Assembly: GCA_963721715.1 (NCBI GenBank)
Contig: CAVRKI010000004.1
Span: 1,283,876 to 1,347,875, forward strand
DNA from: an uncultured Acidobacteriota bacterium
Lineage (GTDB): Bacteria > Acidobacteriota > Vicinamibacteria > Vicinamibacterales > UBA2999
Direction: 5' to 3'
Length of the DNA stretch: 64,000 nucleotides
The stretch's first letter is position 1, and the number at the start of each line of letters is the position of its first letter. Under the pieces are notes generated by a model. The model made no database searches, was not told where the DNA came from, and worked only from the letters and a program-made list of their open reading frames with translations. The position numbers and the translations under genes are program-made. Shown one piece after another: positions 9,537 through 20,320 of the stretch.

Positions 9537-10219
9537 TTCTGCAGCTCCTTCAGCAACGCGCCCATCCGATCGATCTCCATCTGCTGATCCGCCTCGACGT
9601 CCGAGGCGAACGCGAAAATGTCGCTGTCCTGCCCCGCCCCCGGCGAGCCGAACAGCTCCCGCACCATCGTCAGGGCGCCGCCGTGGTGCCGAATCATCCC
9701 TTCCAGGAACAGCCGATCGAACGCCACACCCTTGGCGGCGGCCAGCTGGGTCATCTGCTCCTGCGTCAGCATCCCGGGCATCAGCACCGCGTCGTGCTGG
9801 TGATGCGCGTGGAGATCCGGCAGGGTCTGGCCACGCCCTTTCAGCCATTCCTGCATCATCTGGATTTCGTCGAGCTGCGACACTTCGATGCGCTTGGCCA
9901 GCAGCTTCATGTCCTCGCGGCTCGTGCGGGTCGGCAGCAGCGCGGCCATTTCGATGGCCTGCTGGTGGTGCCCGATCATGCCTTGCATGAACTTCACGTC
10001 GGCGGGCGTGAATTGGACCTTGGAGAGGTCGGTGGCATCGGCCACGCTCACCGCGCGGCCGGCCTGTCCGGGGGCGCCGGGCTGGATGAGGCCGGGGCCG
10101 CCAGCCGCGGAACCGCCACTTGCGGGGCTGGCGCCAGCCGTGGGGCCGGCGGTGCGACACGCGGCGCCCGTGGTCACGAGCAGGCACAGGGCCGTGATGC
10201 GAAGGGTTTTGGTCGCCAT
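9533..10219 (-). CDS. DUF305-family lipoprotein (His-rich four-helix protein)
   Basis: 228 aa. Lipobox-like LLVTTGAAC. IGHHQQAIEMA and IRHHGGALTM motifs characteristic of DUF305. Confidence 0.75.
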   Translation of the reverse strand: MATKTLRITALCLLVTTGAACRTAGPTAGASPASGGSAAGGPGLIQPGAPGQAGRAVSVADATDLSKVQFTPADVKFMQGMIGHHQQAIEMAALLPTRTSREDMKLLAKRIEVSQLDEIQMMQEWLKGRGQTLPDLHAHHQHDAVLMPGMLTQEQMTQLAAAKGVAFDRLFLEGMIRHHGGALTMVRELFGSPGAGQDSDIFAFASDVEADQQMEIDRMGALLKELQK

Positions 10220-10336
10220 CTGTACCCTACAGAGTATCGCGATCTCGGCGACACCGGGCAGACGCCGTCCGATGGCAGTCCCGCGCGCCCACCGCCCTGG
10301 GGCGAGTGGTGGGACGCGCGGGGGATCGTGGGCTGC

Positions 10337-12070
10337 CTACCGGCCGGGGCCGGGGGTGGTGCGTCCGCCGCGCGGCTGCGGCGGGTTCTTCAGGAGCCGG
10401 TACTGGCTGATGCCGGCGTTCACCTTGAACTCGATGCCCATGCGCCCGATTTCGGCGGTGGCCTTCACCGGATCCCCGGTGACGCCCGAATCCTTCGGGC
10501 CTCCCCACGGGGTGATCTGACTCTTGCGCACACCAGCCGGATAGACGTGCAGCATCTGCGACGTGTCGCTGATCCCGGCGTGACTGCCGACGATGGTGTC
10601 GTCGTAGCCGAAGGCGGCCAGCATCCAGGCGCGATAGTGATCGCGGCCCCCCTCGTAGTAGTCCGTCAGCGCATAGACCTTCGCGCCGTCAGCCGCCCAT
10701 TCCTGATTGAGCTTCGTCGCCACGGCCGTCATGCCGGCCTGGTTGCCGCCGCTGTCGCCGATGAACAGGATCTCGGTGAAGCCGTGGGCCTTCAGGCTCC
10801 GCGCCGCGGCGTCGAGCAGCATGTCGTAGGCCGGAGACGGGAGCGAGATGGCGCCCGGATTCTGCCGGTCGGGATCGCCTTCCGGCACGTACTGGATGAC
10901 CGGCGCCACGAGCGTGTTGCCAAGGCGGCGCGCCATGATGTTGGCCGCGTGCGTGACCACGTAATTGTGCTTGCCGAGCACCATGTGGTACCCGTTCTTC
11001 TCGGTGCCGCCCGTCGGGATGATCGCGGTCCTCTTCCCAGCCTTCAGCGCGTCGCGCGTTTCTTCCCACGTCAGCTCGTCGATGAACACGGTGTCGGGGG
11101 CGTTGGTCGGGGTCTTCCCCGCTGGCGCCGTCTCCATCGTCGGCGGCCGCGGCCCCGACGGCACCGGCGGACGCGCGCCGCCCCGACCACCGCCGCCTGC
11201 GGCGGGCGCGGGCGGCACTGGCGGCTCGGCGCCGCTGGCCATGCGCTTGTACTGCGCCAGCGCGTTGTCGATCTTGATCTGCAGCAGCTGCCGGCCGACC
11301 TCGGGCGAGGACTTCGACTGGTTGATCCCGCTCACGCCGTTGTTCTCGTAGTCGTTGCCGACGAGACGATCGCGCCGGATGTGCTGAGGCGCCACGAACA
11401 GCAGCTCAGACGTGTCCAGAATGTTGGCATGGTTGCCCACCTGCGCCTCGGGCACGCCGAGGAACTTGGCGGCGAACACCTCCTGGTCGCGATGCGCCTT
11501 GGTGTAGTAGTCGTCCACCCAGTAGGCGGTGGCGCTTCCCTTCCACAGGGCATTCAGCTGCTCGGCCGCGGTGCGCATGCCGGTGCGGTTGCCGCCCGAC
11601 TCACCCAGGAACACGACCCTGGTGAACCCGCCGGCCTTGAGGCTGCGGCCGGCATTCACCAGCAGGTCGACGAAGCGCTCCTCGGGCAGCGTGATGGTGC
11701 CGGGCTTGCCCATGTGGCCGCCGACCGTCTCCCAGCTGCCTTCCGGCACATAGGTGACGACCGGCGCGACCAGCGTCCGGCCCATCCCGCGGGCAATCTT
11801 GTCGGCGGTGTAGGCCATGACGAACTTGTGCTCGCCGTCGACCATGTGCGGGCCCTTCTGTTCGGTGCCGGCGGTGCCGATGATGACGGTGGTCCACCCG
11901 TCCTTGACGAGGTCGCGGGCCTCGGCCCACGTCAGCTCTTCGAGCATCACGGTGTCGGGTGGCTTGCCGGATGGCGCGGTGGCGGGCGCATCGGCGGGGC
12001 GCTGCGCGGCCACGGTCATCGTGGTCAACAGGCAGGCACCGAGGAACGTGAACAAGGCGCGGTGATTCAT
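10337..12070 (-). CDS. Secreted protein with two tandem creatininase-family (creatinine amidohydrolase fold) domains
   Basis: 577 aa from ATG 12070 (GGAGAC SD). Signal peptide MNHRALFTFLGACLLTTMTVAAQ. Two homologous halves (LEELTWAEARDL..GTEQKGPHMVDGEHKFV and IDELTWEETRDAL..GTEKNGYHMVLGKHNYV) joined by a Pro/Gly-rich linker. Confidence 0.7.
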   Translation of the reverse strand: MNHRALFTFLGACLLTTMTVAAQRPADAPATAPSGKPPDTVMLEELTWAEARDLVKDGWTTVIIGTAGTEQKGPHMVDGEHKFVMAYTADKIARGMGRTLVAPVVTYVPEGSWETVGGHMGKPGTITLPEERFVDLLVNAGRSLKAGGFTRVVFLGESGGNRTGMRTAAEQLNALWKGSATAYWVDDYYTKAHRDQEVFAAKFLGVPEAQVGNHANILDTSELLFVAPQHIRRDRLVGNDYENNGVSGINQSKSSPEVGRQLLQIKIDNALAQYKRMASGAEPPVPPAPAAGGGGRGGARPPVPSGPRPPTMETAPAGKTPTNAPDTVFIDELTWEETRDALKAGKRTAIIPTGGTEKNGYHMVLGKHNYVVTHAANIMARRLGNTLVAPVIQYVPEGDPDRQNPGAISLPSPAYDMLLDAAARSLKAHGFTEILFIGDSGGNQAGMTAVATKLNQEWAADGAKVYALTDYYEGGRDHYRAWMLAAFGYDDTIVGSHAGISDTSQMLHVYPAGVRKSQITPWGGPKDSGVTGDPVKATAEIGRMGIEFKVNAGISQYRLLKNPPQPRGGRTTPGPGR

Positions 12071-12145
12071 GGGCAGGTCTCCGGTTTGACCCGCCAAGAC
12101 TACACGAAGGGAAGGATCCGGTGTCCGGAGTTCGCGCGGCAACTC

Positions 12146-12559
12146 CTAGGACGAGGGTGTGACGAGCACGACCTCGTCGACGACGATGGACCAGAGCAGG
12201 CCGGAGGAGTTCACCATCAGGTTGTACTGACGTGGATCGTCCTCGAAGTTGAAGGTGCCTTCGCCGACGCCACGCTGGTCCACCACTTCCTGCAGCGGGC
12301 GGCCGCTGACCGCGCTGTGCACGGTGAGATGGAACATGCCCGCGGGCCTCCCCGGCTCGGGACGCGTCGCCCAGCGGATGCGGAACTTGCCGGAGTTGCT
12401 GACGAATCCGATCGTGTGATCGCCGCTGCCTTCCCACGCACCCACTTGTTGTGGAATGCCGATCGGCGCGCGTGGAGGTGACGTGGATCGACGACAGTCA
12501 ACCCCGAGGGCGACTAAAGTCGCGACCCAGACGTAACACCACAGTTTTCGACGGGTCAT
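12146..12559 (-). CDS. Small hypothetical exported or lipo-protein
   Basis: 137 aa from ATG 12559. Hydrophobic N-terminus with Cys (LVALGVDC). No recognisable family. Confidence 0.45.
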   Translation of the reverse strand: MTRRKLWCYVWVATLVALGVDCRRSTSPPRAPIGIPQQVGAWEGSGDHTIGFVSNSGKFRIRWATRPEPGRPAGMFHLTVHSAVSGRPLQEVVDQRGVGEGTFNFEDDPRQYNLMVNSSGLLWSIVVDEVVLVTPSS

Positions 12560-12639
12560 CAGCACTGAAATCAACGATAGCCTATTCGCGCACGCTGTCG
12601 AGCACGGTATAGTTCTGCTCCAGGAGGCGCCTCCCCCCT

Positions 12640-13665
12640 TTGCGCGCACCACTTCCCGTTCGAGGTCCGTACTCTGTCGCCGTCGTGCAGGCGGCACCGG
12701 TCGCGTTCGATGTCGAACGCACGTTGCAGAAACTTGGCGATCTGACCGCCGACGCCGGCCGGCGCGGCGCACATCTCGCGCTGTTCCCGGAAGCGTTCGT
12801 GTCGGGCTATCCGCGCGGACTCGATTTCGGCGCGGTCGTCGGCTCGCGCACCGCCGAAGGCCGCGAGCAGTTCCGCCGTCACTGGGAAAGCGCGATCGAC
12901 GTCCCCGGCCCGCACGTCGATCGGATGGCCGGTCTCGCCCGCGCCAATCGCGCGCACCTGGTGGTCGGCGTGGTCGAGCGCAGCGGCGGCACGCTGTACT
13001 GCACCGTGATCTTCCTCGGCTCGGATGGCCGCTATCTCGGCAAGCATCGCAAGCTGATGCCGACGGCGTCCGAGCGCCTGGTCTGGGGCTTCGGCGACGG
13101 CTCGACACTCACCGTGGCCGACACCGACATCGGCCGCGTCGGCGCGGTGATCTGCTGGGAGAACTACATGCCGCTGCTGCGCGCGGCGATGTATGCCAAG
13201 GGCGTGGAGATCTACTGCGCGCCGACGGCCGACGCGCGCGCCACCTGGCTGCCGAGCATGCGGCACATCGCGCAGGAAGGCCGTTGCTTCGTGCTCTCGG
13301 CCAACCAGTTCGCCCGCCGCCGGGACTATCCCTCCGACTACCCGACCGAGTTCGGCGACGATCCGCAGACCGTGATCTCGCGCGGCGGCAGCTGCATCAT
13401 CGGACCGCTGGGCGAGGTGCTGGCGGGACCCGACTTCAGCGGCGAGACCATCCTCACCGCGGAGATCGACCTGCACGACATCGCCCGCGCGCGGATGGAC
13501 TTCGACGCGGTCGGCCACTATGCGCGTCCCGACATCTTCCAACTGCTGGTCGACGAGTCGAGCCGCACGCCGGTCACCTTCCACAGCGGACAGCGGCAAC
13601 CCGGGGCGGCGCCGAACGCGCGCGACGTGGATCGCCGCGCCGGCCCACGGCCGGCCGGCCGTTAG
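12640..13665 (+). CDS. Nitrilase / carbon-nitrogen hydrolase family protein
   Basis: 341 aa. Glu-Lys-Cys triad contexts [23 protein letters not shown]. Confidence 0.85.
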   Translation: MRAPLPVRGPYSVAVVQAAPVAFDVERTLQKLGDLTADAGRRGAHLALFPEAFVSGYPRGLDFGAVVGSRTAEGREQFRRHWESAIDVPGPHVDRMAGLARANRAHLVVGVVERSGGTLYCTVIFLGSDGRYLGKHRKLMPTASERLVWGFGDGSTLTVADTDIGRVGAVICWENYMPLLRAAMYAKGVEIYCAPTADARATWLPSMRHIAQEGRCFVLSANQFARRRDYPSDYPTEFGDDPQTVISRGGSCIIGPLGEVLAGPDFSGETILTAEIDLHDIARARMDFDAVGHYARPDIFQLLVDESSRTPVTFHSGQRQPGAAPNARDVDRRAGPRPAGR

Positions 13666-14126
13666 CCGCGCTGCTTGCGGTACGAGTTCTTCAAGGCGAT
13701 CTTCCCGCCCTGCAGCGTGAACACGTCGCAGCCGTTCACCTCGACCTTCGTGCCGTCCTTCATCGTGCCGGTGAAGGTCCACTCCGAGACCGCGCGATCG
13801 CCGGCGATGAAGTGCGTCGGGTGGTTCCACCGCGCGTCGGCGTAGGTCTCGAAGACCGCGGCATAGGCCCGGCGCACCGCGTCGCGCCCGACGTGCCGCG
13901 TCCCGTTCAGATCCCTGCCCGCGGCCGCCTCGAAGGCGCACTCGGGCGCCATGCAGGCCATCAGGCCGTCCACGTCGTGCCGGTTCCAGGCCGCGGCGAA
14001 CTGCTCGAGCATTGCCAGGGTTCCGGCGTCGGACGCCTGGCCGTTGAATGCCGCGCGGAGTCGCTTCGCCGCGAGCGTCGCCATCAGGCCGGCGATGGCC
14101 GCCGACAGCAGTTGTCGTCTCTTCAT
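13662..14126 (-). CDS. SnoaL/NTF2-like fold protein with signal peptide
   Basis: 154 aa from ATG 14126. [20 protein letters not shown] leader. Pattern [39 protein letters not shown] typical of SnoaL-like proteins. Confidence 0.6.
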   Translation of the reverse strand: MKRRQLLSAAIAGLMATLAAKRLRAAFNGQASDAGTLAMLEQFAAAWNRHDVDGLMACMAPECAFEAAAGRDLNGTRHVGRDAVRRAYAAVFETYADARWNHPTHFIAGDRAVSEWTFTGTMKDGTKVEVNGCDVFTLQGGKIALKNSYRKQRG

Positions 14127-14153
14127 GGGCGAATGTTGCCATAAACTCGGCGG

Positions 14154-14846
14154 ATGCCCCATCGCGAACGACATCGCACTGACCGCATCGGGTGGCTGCG
14201 CGCCGCCGTGCTCGGCGCCAACGACGGGATCGTGTCCACGGCCAGTCTGGTGGTCGGGGTCGCCGCCTCCGGCGCGGCGCAAGGCGAGGTGCTCGTGGCC
14301 GGCGCCGCGGGCCTGGTCGCCGGCGCACTCTCGATGGCCGCTGGTGAATACGTGTCGGTCAGCTCGCAGGCGGATACCGAGGGGGCCGACCTGGCGCGGG
14401 AGCGCGCGGAACTGGCGACGGACCGCCCGGCCGAGGAAGACGAGCTCACCAACATCTACGCGGCGCGCGGCCTCGACGCAGAACTGGCCCGCCAGGTGGC
14501 GCGCCAGTTGATGGCGCATGACGCGCTGGGCGCGCACGCGCGCGACGAACTCGGCATCACGGCGGAGCTGGCGGCGCGGCCCCTGCAGGCGGCACTGGCC
14601 TCGGCCGCCACTTTCGCCGTCGGTGCGGCGCTGCCGATGGCGGTGGTGGTGCTGGTGCCACCCGCGTCCGTGGTCATGGTGGTGGCGGGTTCATCGCTGG
14701 TCCTGCTCGCGGCGCTCGGCGCGATCGCGGCGGGTGTGGGCGGCGCCTCGGCGCTGGTGGGCGCGGCTCGCGTGGCTTTCTGGGGTGCCCTGGCGATGGC
14801 GGTCACCGCCGCCGTCGGCGCGCTGTTCGGGACGACGGTGGGCTAG
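14154..14846 (+). CDS. VIT1/CCC1-family iron/manganese transporter
   Basis: 230 aa. LRAAVLGANDGIVSTASLVVGV and SMAAGEYVSVSSQ motifs. C-terminal TM bundle. Confidence 0.8.
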   Translation: MPHRERHRTDRIGWLRAAVLGANDGIVSTASLVVGVAASGAAQGEVLVAGAAGLVAGALSMAAGEYVSVSSQADTEGADLARERAELATDRPAEEDELTNIYAARGLDAELARQVARQLMAHDALGAHARDELGITAELAARPLQAALASAATFAVGAALPMAVVVLVPPASVVMVVAGSSLVLLAALGAIAAGVGGASALVGAARVAFWGALAMAVTAAVGALFGTTVG

Positions 14847-14864
14847 GCGGGCGGGCACGGCCTT

Positions 14865-14969
14865 GGGGCTTGAGTCGTGGGGCTTGGGGCTTGGGGTTCT
14901 TGTCTCGGTTCCTGATCCGAGCACTAATCTCCAGTTCCTAGTTCCTAGTTCCTAGTTCCTGATCCCTGC
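14865..14969. repeat. Composite heptad-phased intergenic repeat: GGGGCTT-type array (14865-14899) plus TTCCTAG/TTCCTGA/TCCCTGC array (14935-14969)
   Basis: Direct reading. A 7-nt phase is kept across all 15 units between the convergent VIT and norR stops. On the minus strand the second array reads GAGCAGG GATCAGG AACTAGG x3. Confidence 0.9.
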
Positions 14970-14973
14970 TCTT

Positions 14974-16533
<1,560 letters not shown>

Positions 16534-16540
16534 GGTTGTC

Positions 16541-16551
16541 GTATCAGCAAC
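16541..16551. promoter_or_regulatory. Single candidate NorR box (GT-N7-AC)
   Basis: GTATCAGCAAC is the only GT-N7-AC match in the norR/ric intergenic region. Confidence 0.3.
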
Positions 16552-16614
16552 ACGAGAACGTTGTACGGATCATAACATCGCCTGCAAGTCATTGATTCGA
16601 TGAGGTCAACAACC

Positions 16615-16630
16615 CGGCATCGATACTGCT
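16615..16630 (+). promoter_or_regulatory. Sigma54 (-24/-12) promoter upstream of ric
   Basis: CGGCAT-N5-CTGCT, with GG at 16616-16617 and GC at 16628-16629 (GG-N10-GC). It lies 25 nt upstream of ATG 16654 and is divergent from norR. Confidence 0.6.
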
Positions 16631-16653
16631 CTGCTTCAGGGGCAGGAGCCATC

Positions 16654-17316
16654 ATGAACGCCGCCGCCACCACCCTGGCCGAACTCGCCGTCACGCACCC
16701 GGCCGCTGCCCGCGTCTTCTACCGCAATCGCCTGGATTTCTGCTGTGGCGGGCGACGCCCGCTGGCCGACGCCTGCCGCGACCGCGACCTCGATCCGCAG
16801 GACATCCTCGATGCGATCGAGGCCGAGAACCCGATGGTCGGCGAGCGCACCCACTGGGAGACCGCTCCGCTCGAGGCGCTGGTGACGCACATCGTGGAGA
16901 CCTATCACCACCGGCTGCGCCTCGCCCTGCCCGACCTGGTCGCGATGGCGCGCAAGGTGGAAGCCCGACACACCGCCAGGCCGGAGTGCCCCACGGGCCT
17001 CGCCGCGCACCTGGAAGGAATGCACGCTTCGGTGCTCGATCACCTGCGCAAGGAAGAACAGATCCTCTTTCCGATGATCGTGGCCGGCTTGGGCTCGCGC
17101 ACGTCGGCGCCGGTCCACGTGATGGAGCTCGAGCACGAGCACCACGGCGAAGACCTGCGGGCCATTCGCCGGTTGTCCAACGACCTGACGCCTCCGCTGG
17201 ACGCATGTCCGACATGGCGCGCGCTGTACCTGGGCCTGCAACAGCTGGAGGAGGAGTTGATGGAGCACATCCACCTCGAGAACAACGTGCTCTTCCGCCG
17301 GGCGCTGGTCTCGTAA
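16654..17316 (+). CDS. ytfE: Iron-sulfur cluster repair di-iron protein (RIC/YtfE/ScdA/NorA-like)
   Basis: 220 aa from ATG 16654 (AGGAG SD). N-terminal LDFCCGG motif. Hemerythrin-like His/Glu motifs (ETYHHRL, ELEHEHHGEDL, MEHIHLENNVLF). Confidence 0.85.
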   Translation: MNAAATTLAELAVTHPAAARVFYRNRLDFCCGGRRPLADACRDRDLDPQDILDAIEAENPMVGERTHWETAPLEALVTHIVETYHHRLRLALPDLVAMARKVEARHTARPECPTGLAAHLEGMHASVLDHLRKEEQILFPMIVAGLGSRTSAPVHVMELEHEHHGEDLRAIRRLSNDLTPPLDACPTWRALYLGLQQLEEELMEHIHLENNVLFRRALVS

Positions 17317-17333
17317 ACTGATCGGGGATATTC

Positions 17334-18815
17334 ATGTCGACGATACTTCGCACTCATGCCGTCCCGTATGTGGTGGCGCTCGCGCTGTCGTTCGCCGCGG
17401 ACGCCGCGGCCGGTCAGTCCGTGCCCACCCTGGCTGGCCCGCCTGGATCGCCCGCGGTGGCCCTGCGAGAGGCGGTCGATCGCAACCCCGATCCGGCCAT
17501 CGTCGAGATCGACCTCGAAGCGCGCCTTGCCGAGGTCGAAGTGGAAGCCGGTCTCAAGGTGAAGGCATGGACCTACGATGGCGGCCTGCCGGGTCCGCTG
17601 ATCCGGACCAAGGTGGGCGATCGGCTGATCGTGCACTTCAAGAACCAGCTCGCCGCGCCCACCACCATCCACTGGCACGGCGTCCGGGTGCCGATCGAGA
17701 TGGACGGCGTTCCCGGCATCTCGCAGCCCGAGGTGAAGACCGGCGACGCATTCACCTACGACTTCGTGGTGCGTGATGCCGGGCTGTTCTGGTACCACCC
17801 GCACGTGATGTCCGCGGCGCAGGTCGGCTTCGGGCTCTACGGCGCGCTGCAGGTGGACGACCCGGATGACGGGGTCGGCGTGAAGGACGAGCTGACCCTG
17901 GTACTGAGCGACATCGGCTTCGACAAGTTCGGCTCGCTCGAGCCCGCCGACAGCGGCGGCCCCGCCGGCGAGGTGTTCGGCCGCGAGGGGCAGTACGTGC
18001 TCGTGAACGGCAGGCGCAAGCCGACCATCCGGATGCGCGCCGGCGCGCCGCAGCGATGGCGGATCGTCAATGCCGCCAAGAGCCGATTCTTCCTGCTGGA
18101 CATGGACGGGCAACCGTTCACCACCATCGGCGTCGACGGCGGCCTGCAGGAAGAGCCGGTCACCAGCGGCACGCTGCTCATCACGACCGGCGAGCGCGTG
18201 GACGCGATCATCGCGCCCACCGGCAAACCGGGCAGCACCCTGGTGATCCGCGCGATGCTCTACAACCGCGGCTACGGCAGCGTGCAGTATCGCGATGTCG
18301 AGGAGTTGCTGACGATTCAATTCACCGACGAGCCGCCGCTGCCCGTCAAGAAGACACCCGTCACCGTACGCCGTACCATCGTGCCCGTCAGCTCCACTGG
18401 GGCGACGCGCGTGCCGGTCGTGCTGACCTTGCCGCCTGCCGGCAAGGATGGCAAGTCGGAGTTCCGCGTCAACGGCGTGCCCTACTGGGAGGCGGCGCCG
18501 TTTACCGCGGCGCTCGGCGAGACCCAGATCTGGGAGATCAAGAACGACACCGACTGGGATCACCCCTTCCACCTGCATGGCTACTTCTTCATGGCGCTCG
18601 ACGAGAAGGATCAGCCGCTGCGTCCGCTGGCGTGGAAGGACACGGTGAACATCCCGATGAAGACCACCGCGCGCTTCCTCATCCTGTTCGACGAGCGGCC
18701 GGGTGAGTGGATGTTTCACTGCCACATCCTCGATCACGCCGAGGGCGGGTTGATGGGCACGGTCATGGTGGGGCCAGGCACAGGGGTCGGGCATACGCAC
18801 CACAAGAAGCCATGA
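17334..18815 (+). CDS. Three-domain multicopper oxidase (CueO/CopA-like), Sec signal
   Basis: 493 aa. Cu motifs IHWHGVRVP, WYHPH, HPFHLHG, HCHILDHAEGGLMG. Only 17 nt downstream of ric. Confidence 0.85.
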   Translation: MSTILRTHAVPYVVALALSFAADAAAGQSVPTLAGPPGSPAVALREAVDRNPDPAIVEIDLEARLAEVEVEAGLKVKAWTYDGGLPGPLIRTKVGDRLIVHFKNQLAAPTTIHWHGVRVPIEMDGVPGISQPEVKTGDAFTYDFVVRDAGLFWYHPHVMSAAQVGFGLYGALQVDDPDDGVGVKDELTLVLSDIGFDKFGSLEPADSGGPAGEVFGREGQYVLVNGRRKPTIRMRAGAPQRWRIVNAAKSRFFLLDMDGQPFTTIGVDGGLQEEPVTSGTLLITTGERVDAIIAPTGKPGSTLVIRAMLYNRGYGSVQYRDVEELLTIQFTDEPPLPVKKTPVTVRRTIVPVSSTGATRVPVVLTLPPAGKDGKSEFRVNGVPYWEAAPFTAALGETQIWEIKNDTDWDHPFHLHGYFFMALDEKDQPLRPLAWKDTVNIPMKTTARFLILFDERPGEWMFHCHILDHAEGGLMGTVMVGPGTGVGHTHHKKP

Positions 18816-20320
18816 CCCGCCATTCGTCGTGGGTGGGACTCGGGCTCGCCCGGCTGGCGTGTGCGACGCTGGCGTGGACCATCGGCCTCCCGGCCCACGC
18901 GGCAGTCGCCCAGAGTGCGTCCGGGCAGACACCGCCGGCGCCGTCACCCGCGTGGCAGGCCTCGGTCTCGAACCTCACGCGGGTGGAATCGTGGCGCTAC
19001 TTCGAGCCGCAGCCAGCCGGGGGAGAGCCCGACTACACCTTCCTGGGCAACCGCCTCCGGATGGAACTGCGCGGCCGATGGTCGCGTGCGCAGGTGACAC
19101 TGGCGGCCCAGTACGTCGGCTTCATCAGCCTTCCGGAAAACGCATCCAACCCTGGCCCATTCGGCACCGGCGCCCTCTACTTCGACCAGGGCGGCCGCCA
19201 CCAGAATCAGCAGGAGCTCTACCTGCGGTACGCCCACGTTCGCTTCCCCGACGTGGTGCGAGGCGTCGATCTGCAGGTGGGCCGCATGGCATACACCTCG
19301 GGCGCCGAGGCCCCCAGCGGCGTGCCCAAGATCGAGGCCGTGAAGCGACAGCGCCTCGATGCCAGGCTGGTCGGTGAGTTCGAGTGGTCCATTGTCCAGC
19401 GCGGCTTCGACGGCGTGCGTGTCGACCTGACGCGCCCGGCATGGCGGGCCACCGGCATCGCGTTCATGCCCACCCAGGGCGGGTTCGCGCGCGTGGCCGG
19501 CCCCACCATCACCGACCTCATCGTCGCCGGCGCCACGGTCAGCTCGCGATCGAGTGGCGCCACGCCGCGGCGCACACAAGTGCAGGGCTTCGCGCTCGCC
19601 TACGCCGACCATCGGCCGGTGACGCAGCGCCCCGACAACACCGGGCTCTCCGCGACGGAGGCGGATATCGACCTGACGACGGTGGGCGGCGCCGTCATCG
19701 GCGCGTATCCCGCCGGGCCTGGCGAGGTGGACGTCTTCGGTTGGGCAACCTACCAGGCCGGTGACTGGTACGGCCAGGATCACCGCGCCTTCGCGCTGGC
19801 GGCCGAGACCGGCTATCAGTTCTCGCGCGCCGCCTGGCGTCCCTGGCTGCGGGGCGGCTTCTTTCACGCGTCCGGGGACGGGTCGTCCTCGGACAGCACG
19901 CATGGAACGTTCTTCCCGATCCTCCCCACCGTGCGTCGTTTCTCCCAGACCACGGTCTACAGCACGATGAACCTGAACGACCTGTTCGTCTCCCTCCAGG
20001 CGCGCCCGCGCGCCGCACTGGGCCTGCGCCTCGACGTGCACCAGCTCACGCTGGCTTCGGCCGCCGACCTCTGGTACGCGGGCAGCGGCGCCACGCTCGG
20101 TGCGGGAACCACGTTCGGTTACGCCGGACGCCGGTCGAATGGAAGTACCCGCCTGGGCACCTCAATCGAGACCTCGGCCGACTACGCCATCACGCCGCAA
20201 GTCGCGGTCAACGCCTTCCTCGGCACCATCGGGGGTGGCGGCGTGGTGACCGGCACCTTCCGGGGAGACCGGCTCTGGTTCGGCTACATCGAGACGGCGC
20301 TCAGCTTCGGTAGTCGGTGA
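18812..20320 (+). CDS. Putative outer-membrane beta-barrel protein
   Basis: 502 aa. ATGA overlap with the MCO stop. Signal peptide ending PAHAAVA. Alternating-hydrophobic, Tyr/Gly-rich strands. Family not identified with certainty. Confidence 0.45.
   Translation: MTRHSSWVGLGLARLACATLAWTIGLPAHAAVAQSASGQTPPAPSPAWQASVSNLTRVESWRYFEPQPAGGEPDYTFLGNRLRMELRGRWSRAQVTLAAQYVGFISLPENASNPGPFGTGALYFDQGGRHQNQQELYLRYAHVRFPDVVRGVDLQVGRMAYTSGAEAPSGVPKIEAVKRQRLDARLVGEFEWSIVQRGFDGVRVDLTRPAWRATGIAFMPTQGGFARVAGPTITDLIVAGATVSSRSSGATPRRTQVQGFALAYADHRPVTQRPDNTGLSATEADIDLTTVGGAVIGAYPAGPGEVDVFGWATYQAGDWYGQDHRAFALAAETGYQFSRAAWRPWLRGGFFHASGDGSSSDSTHGTFFPILPTVRRFSQTTVYSTMNLNDLFVSLQARPRAALGLRLDVHQLTLASAADLWYAGSGATLGAGTTFGYAGRRSNGSTRLGTSIETSADYAITPQVAVNAFLGTIGGGGVVTGTFRGDRLWFGYIETALSFGSR

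Noticed and set aside
10223-10236. TACCCTACAGAGTA immediately upstream of the DUF305 start; its left half is identical to the Bacillus CsoR operator half-site TACCCTAC
   Set aside because: The right half is not complementary (weak palindrome). The site sits where the RBS should be rather than over a promoter, and no csoR gene is in the window. Treated as chance similarity.
9518-12481. 987-aa plus-strand ORF, and similar giants at 2716-5271, 7554-9587, 25342-27966, 51440-53779 and 58175-60283
   Set aside because: All are antisense or out of frame to genes with clear family motifs. Their products are Arg/Pro/Gly/His-rich low-complexity strings with no motifs. These are typical stop-codon-poor artefacts of ~70% GC DNA.
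14865-14969. Tandem arrays considered as a possible CRISPR or minisatellite
   Set aside because: The units are 7 nt with no unique spacers, and no cas genes are present. The arrays are far too short for CRISPR. Reported instead as heptad repeats.
16600-16653. Upstream ATG at 16600 as the ric start (238-aa version in the ORF track)
   Set aside because: It would place the coding sequence over the sigma54 -24/-12 element and has no SD. ATG 16654 has an AGGAG SD and matches the usual RIC N-terminus (..TLAELAV..).
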